A DNA stretch of 64,000 bases from Diplonema japonicum (Eukaryota; Protista; Euglenozoa: Diplonemea). Made by a program: the position numbers and the translations under genes. The notes below the pieces were generated by a model. That model saw only the letters and a list, made by a program, of their open reading frames with translations, searched no databases and was not told where the DNA came from. Below, piece by piece: positions 58,988 to 64,000 of this stretch (positions are counted from its first letter, which is position 1; each line of letters begins with the position of its first letter). The DNA lies in assembly GCA_964019335.1 (NCBI GenBank), contig OZ025649.1:248001-312000 (forward strand), given 5' to 3'.

Positions 58988-60199
58988 ATGTCGTCCCCCG
59001 TCACTGGTACTACTGGCACCCAGGGTGTGAAGTCCGGCATGGCCGTCATGATGAAGGGTGGTGTGATCATGGACGTGACCACCCCCGAGCAGGCCAAGAT
59101 CGCTGAGAGCGCTGGTGCCGTCGCCGTCATGGCGCTTGAGAGGATCCCCGCTGACATCAGGAAGGACGGTGGTGTGGCTAGGATGAGCGACCCCTGCATG
59201 ATCAAGGGGATCATGGAGGCCGTGACCATCCCTGTCATGGCCAAGGCCAGGATCGGCCACTTCGCCGAGGCGCAGGTGCTGCAGACCCTTGGGATCGACT
59301 ACATTGACGAGAGCGAGGTGCTGACCGTGGCCGACGAGGAGAACCACATCAACAAGAAGAAGTTCACCGTCCCCTTCGTGTGCGGTGCCAGGAACCTTGG
59401 CGAGTCGCTCAGGCGTATTGCCGAGGGTGCCACCATGATCCGTATGAAGGGCGAGGCCGGGACTGGTAACGTTGTGGAGGCTGTCCGCCACTGCAGGGCC
59501 ATCCAGAGGGAGTGCAGGAGGCTCAAGACCATGGACGAGGACGAGATGTTCACCTACGCCAGGGACATCCAGGCTCCCTTGGAGCTTGTCCAGAAGACCG
59601 CTGAGCTCGGCAGGCTGCCCGCCGTGACCTTCGCGGCTGGTGGTCTTGCTACCCCCGCTGACGTGTCCCTCCTCATGCAGCTCGGTATGTGCAACACTAC
59701 ACTACACTACACTACACTACACTACACTACACTACACTACACTACACTACACTACACTACACTACACTACACTACACTACACTACACTACACTACACTAC
59801 ACTACACTACACTACACTACACTACACTACACTACACTACACTACACTACACTACACTACACTACACTACACCACACCACACCACACCACTACCATACAC
59901 CTTTTACAGGCTGCGACGGTGTTTTCGTTGGGTCCGGTATCTTCGCCTCTGGCAACCCCGAGAAGCGTGCCCGTGCCATCGTATGTCAGAAGGGGACGGG
60001 ATGTAAAATAAAATACAGGTCGAGGCATGCACTTACTTCAAGGACGCTGAGAAGATTGCTAAGGTTTCCGAGAACCTGGTATGTTTTGAAAATAGATGGG
60101 AACGAGGAAAAATATTTTTTTTCTTTTTAGGGCGCCCCCATGGTGGGTCTGACCATGGACACCCCCGGGATGATCAAGTTCGCGGAGAGGTCCGAATAG
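58988..60199 (+). CDS. PDX1: Pyridoxal 5'-phosphate synthase subunit PDX1/SNZ
   Basis: [48 protein letters not shown] and [10 protein letters not shown]. Introns 59685-59909, 59981-60018 and 60079-60130; ends ...FAERSE*. Confidence 0.97.
59696..59890 (+). repeat. (ACTAC)35 pentanucleotide microsatellite grading into (ACCAC)4, inside PDX1 intron 1
   Basis: Perfect tandem array read directly in the sequence. Confidence 0.95.
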
Positions 60200-60201
60200 G
60201 G

Positions 60202-60232
<31 letters not shown>

Positions 60233-60686
60233 TGATTGAAAAAAGAAAAAAAAATAATGGAAGAGCTGGTGAAGAAGAAGAAGGAAGGGGAATGGAAAAA
60301 AAAAAATAAAAAAAGAAAAAGGATGACTAATTGTGTGGTACAGTTCTCATGCGCGCGCCTTTGAAAAAAATCTTTTTTTTTTTTGTGATTATTCTTTTTC
60401 TTGTTCTCGTTCGGCTTCTTCTTACTGGTTTTTTTTCCCGTTTTTTTCTTCTTCTGATGTCTTCTTTCATTTTTTCATTAGTTTTATCTATTTTTTTTCT
60501 TATTTTTTTTTCCTTAATATTTTCTCAGTCACGATAGGAGTGTTCCAAAGGAAATAACTTTTATAACAAAATTAACTGAAGACAACAACGAAGGGAGCTA
60601 TTACCTTATTGCGGGCGATGCTTCACGGGTTGAACAAAAAGAAATTTACTTTATAAAAAAAAAAAAAAAAAAAGGAAAGTCTCGCC

Positions 60687-60725
<39 letters not shown>

Positions 60726-61501
60726 GTTTAAAAAATATGCTTTACCTAAAGAAGAATAGAAGGCTGCTGCCCTGTTCTTTTTCTTTTTTTCTTTTCTATT
60801 TTGAAAACAAAAATTCGGCAGCCATTTCTTTTTCTGGGGTAATAAAGAAGGGGAAATTATAAAAAAAAATCTTAAAAATTTCGAGGGGGGAAAAAAAGGA
60901 GCCACCTATTCTCAGCAATCTAGTAAAGAGATTTCACATGGTCAAAAGCAATTCAGAGACAAGGAAAAGAGAGAAAAGAAGGGGGGAAAAAAAAGAAATG
61001 TGCGCAAGGATATCGAGAAGTATAACGTTGCTGCTCTCCTTCTGTTTGTTTCTTCGTTTCCCCCCCCCCCCCCCTTCCTTTTCCTCTTTGCAATCTCCCT
61101 AGGGCCTTTTTTTAAAAAAGAAATAGAGACTTTCAGAAGAAAAAAATATCGTCATCACGCAGACAGTCATTGAATTAATACTTTCATTTTTTTTTTTTTT
61201 TTTGGGAGGGGAAGGTGGAGAAAGTTGTAAAGTTGTAAAATCTCACTTCATCACCTTACAACAAGACACAGACAAGGGCCCACAGGTGCTGTCTCACGCA
61301 TACGCGGAATTACGCATTTGGGTATTCCACTCTTCCCCCCCCCCCTTTTTTTCTTTATCTTTTCCCTCCTTTTTTTCTTTCTCTTTCCTTTCTCTTTTGT
61401 TTCCCATCTTTCCCCCCCCTTTCCCCCCCCCCCCCCCTTTCTTTTAACTTTTTAAAAGAACATTTTTTTTCTTTTCAACCCACCTAAACAACAAAAAGGG
61501 G

Positions 61502-64000
61502 ATGACAAGCGTTAAAAAGAAGCTTCTCCTGCAGCTTCGCGAAGAAGTACAACCAGCAGCACCTTTTCGGCCCACCCCTGCCCAGGATGCTCGAGAACGA
61601 CGTGGGGCCTCGCTGATAGACACAGCCAGGCTAAGGTTAGCAGAAGGCGACACTTCTGGAATCGACTGTGAGGCTTACGACATACTAAAGCAACAGCGGC
61701 AATGGGCTGTACTCAAACAGGAAAAGCGAGATTGTGAAAAAGCTCTTGAAGACCTGCAGCTGCGACACGACGTCCTGCAAGGACAATGCACCTCCAGAAA
61801 AGAGCTTCTAAAGTACCTTGCAGGGACCTTACAGCAGGACAGTGTGCACAACATGATACAAGTCCGTGGGCAAGAGTATGAAGACTGGGTGCTCTCCTTC
61901 CTCAACTGGAGCCGGTTGAAGAAGCTCCTCCAGCTCAGTGGGGTGGACGCAGGTCGTCAAGATGCAGGGCACCGAGCAACTGAGAACGGTATGCGTGCAG
62001 CGCTCGCCACCTCCAACGCCATCGAGACTTACAAGAAAGAGATCCTTGCCAAAGAGCAAAAGCTGCAACAAGAACTCCAAACCACAGCAAGTCTCAAAAA
62101 GACCATCGAGCAGCTCCAAGCAGAAGTCACCCGCCTTACTGCCGCACCCGAGCCCCAGTCAGTCCTTGCCCCACATTCACAATCGCTGAGGCCGCACACC
62201 CCCAGGAACAAAGAACTCAATACATGCAAAGAACAACTCGCCGATCTCATGGCAGAAATGAGCACCCTCCGTGAGGAGCTCGCCAGCACTGAGACGGAGC
62301 GAGACTACGTCGAGAAGGAGCTCGCTGCGCTGCGGGTGTCCATCAAGACGGACATACAAAACGTCATGCGGCAGCACACCGAACTGTATGAATCGGAGGC
62401 AACATCGGTGCGTGACAGGTATCACTCAGAAATCGAGAGCCTGACGCATGCCTTGCGCAAGGTCACCGACGAGAGGGATGTGTTGTTGGAGGCTAAAAAA
62501 GCTGCAGAAGCAGCGGCTTCTTCTGCAGAACCCGTCACCCAGCCGCTCAGTTATATCCCGCAGGCTACTGACACACACCTCAGCAAGATGGCAGTGATGC
62601 TACTTGAGGCGACAGCTGAGAAGGAACAACTGCTGAAGAGTGGTGCTGTGGGCAGTATGCAAATTGACAAGATTGTGGTTGCCCAGGAAGGTACAGTGCG
62701 ACAAGTGATGGAAGCGGTCAGCGGGATGGCACAAGGCATGGTGCAGGGCCTTGTGGGCACCATGTGCAAGACCATACTGCGCGAGGTCAGTTTGTCGAGG
62801 AGGCTGCTGCAGACGGAGCACACGCCGGAAGTGAACAACCACAATGCACAGCGGCGGAAGACAAAGTTCAAGAAACTCAGCAGCAAGAGCTCAGTGAACC
62901 AGCTGAGCAAGCTGGTATCCCGGACAATGGCAGAGCTCGCTGAGTCTAAGCAGGTAAGTACCCAGACCCTCCCCATGCCCAATCCTGTGATGGACGTGCT
63001 GGAAGATGAGCTTTGCGACGTGAAAGGACAGCTGAAGGAAACTACAGTGATACTCAAAGACACTCAGGCCGTATCTGAGAAGCTTGCAATAGATCTGCAG
63101 CTAAAGCAAAATGAGGCAGAAGACGTACGATACGAAGTGAAAGATCTAGAAGAGGCGCTGAAGTCCTTGAAGTCTGACTACAATAAGGTTCTCATGCGTG
63201 TAACTGTAAAGAAGCAGAACAAAGAGTGCACAGCTGCCCCGGTAACAGTAAATATGAGGCAGCAGACAGAAAAGTGCGCCATGGTCAACAGTGGGGTGAT
63301 GTGCTGCCCGGATGTCAAGCACAAAGGTTGTGGTGGTGTAGCCTACACAATGAAGCACTGCGCAGTACAAGTCGACGCAGGCATGACACCGATGAGCATA
63401 GCTGCAACAGAGCCGCTGGCTTTGTATGCAGCAAAGGGGATCCAAACTGAGCAAGAACATACACCACCTTCGTTGTGTCCTAGTTGCAGTAATGCCATGT
63501 GTGATGCTGATGCTGATGCTGATGCTAATGGTATTGATAATGGAATTGCTAATGCTAATGCTGATACCGGTGCTGTGGGCATTTCTACAGCGCCACGCCT
63601 TGCAAGGCATGTGAAGAAGGTGCTTGATGCCACACGCCTCACGAATTATGCGAACTCGCAAAAGGTGGCCATCATCAATTTCGACAATGTGTTTGTGAGG
63701 GGCAAAGAAAAAGAGATCGGGGGTCCCAGGGGGAGCCCTAGGGGAAGCCCGAGGACCCCGAAAAATATTCGTTTGGAGAACGCACAAGAGGAAAAAACAG
63801 GGCACAACGAGGAGCACGACAGGGAGCACATCAAGACACCGATTGACATTGACGAGACGAGCAACTGTACATCGCCAAGGAGAGCGGCACATGAAGTGGA
63901 GCAGAGGGATGTGTCACCGCCACCACCGAGGGAAAGGAACGCTCAGGTTGGATATGACCATGGATCGCCGTCACACCGAGCCCAGAGAGCGGACATGGTG
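61502..64000 (+). CDS. Coiled-coil protein, 3'-partial
   Basis: ATG at 61502 (MTSVKKKLLLQLREE...). The frame is open at the start, middle and window end where I checked, and is absent from the ORF track, consistent with no stop inside the window. Heptad-rich. Confidence 0.8.
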   Translation, partial: MTSVKKKLLLQLREEVQPAAPFRPTPAQDARERRGASLIDTARLRLAEGDTSGIDCEAYDILKQQRQWAVLKQEKRDCEKALEDLQLRHDVLQGQCTSRKELLKYLAGTLQQDSVHNMIQVRGQEYEDWVLSFLNWSRLKKLLQLSGVDAGRQDAGHRATENGMRAALATSNAIETYKKEILAKEQKLQQELQTTASLKKTIEQLQAEVTRLTAAPEPQSVLAPHSQSLRPHTPRNKELNTCKEQLADLMAEMSTLREELASTETERDYVEKELAALRVSIKTDIQNVMRQHTELYESEATSVRDRYHSEIESLTHALRKVTDERDVLLEAKKAAEAAASSAEPVTQPLSYIPQATDTHLSKMAVMLLEATAEKEQLLKSGAVGSMQIDKIVVAQEGTVRQVMEAVSGMAQGMVQGLVGTMCKTILREVSLSRRLLQTEHTPEVNNHNAQRRKTKFKKLSSKSSVNQLSKLVSRTMAELAESKQVSTQTLPMPNPVMDVLEDELCDVKGQLKETTVILKDTQAVSEKLAIDLQLKQNEAEDVRYEVKDLEEALKSLKSDYNKVLMRVTVKKQNKECTAAPVTVNMRQQTEKCAMVNSGVMCCPDVKHKGCGGVAYTMKHCAVQVDAGMTPMSIAATEPLALYAAKGIQTEQEHTPPSLCPSCSNAMCDADADADANGIDNGIANANADTGAVGISTAPRLARHVKKVLDATRLTNYANSQKVAIINFDNVFVRGKEKEIGGPRGSPRGSPRTPKNIRLENAQEEKTGHNEEHDREHIKTPIDIDETSNCTSPRRAAHEVEQRDVSPPPPRERNAQVGYDHGSPSHRAQRADMV

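Noticed and set aside
59640-60011. HYTTL-repeat proteins or a CRISPR-like array
   Set aside because: Simple intronic pentanucleotide microsatellite with no spacers.

Overview
Gene-dense eukaryotic nuclear DNA. All ~21 protein-coding genes lie on the + strand, separated by poly(T)/poly(A)-rich spacers with pyrimidine-tract/AG acceptors just upstream of start codons. Together with short GT(ATG)...AG introns, this suggests a euglenozoan with polycistronic transcription plus trans- and cis-splicing (most plausibly a diplonemid; inference). Recognisable genes: a giant DUF3638/DUF3645 helicase-like protein (5'-truncated) with WCPPC thioredoxin, EF-hand and SPRY modules; an LRR/RRM/WWE protein; HMG-CoA lyase with an EF-hand tail; a p23-like protein; tRNA-His(GUG); a golgin-like protein; AP-3 delta; a TIG-repeat/cystinosin fusion; eL43; a syntaxin-17-like SNARE; a GT4 glycosyltransferase; a BAR-like protein; methylmalonyl-CoA mutase; NDUFA5; RCC1- and CUE-domain proteins; and PDX1. 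Most notable: (1) a ~1.3 kb ORF-less intergenic segment (54.43-55.78 kb) with many nested helices, two multibranch domains and a possible pseudoknot, i.e. a candidate large structured ncRNA (telomerase RNA is one hypothesis); (2) all 26 inferred cis-introns lie within ~1.75 kb of their stop codon; (3) a nest of TA-flanked foldback/MITE elements at 31.95-33.27 kb; (4) several unusual domain fusions and insertions. Domain calls come from motif recognition by eye, not database searches.
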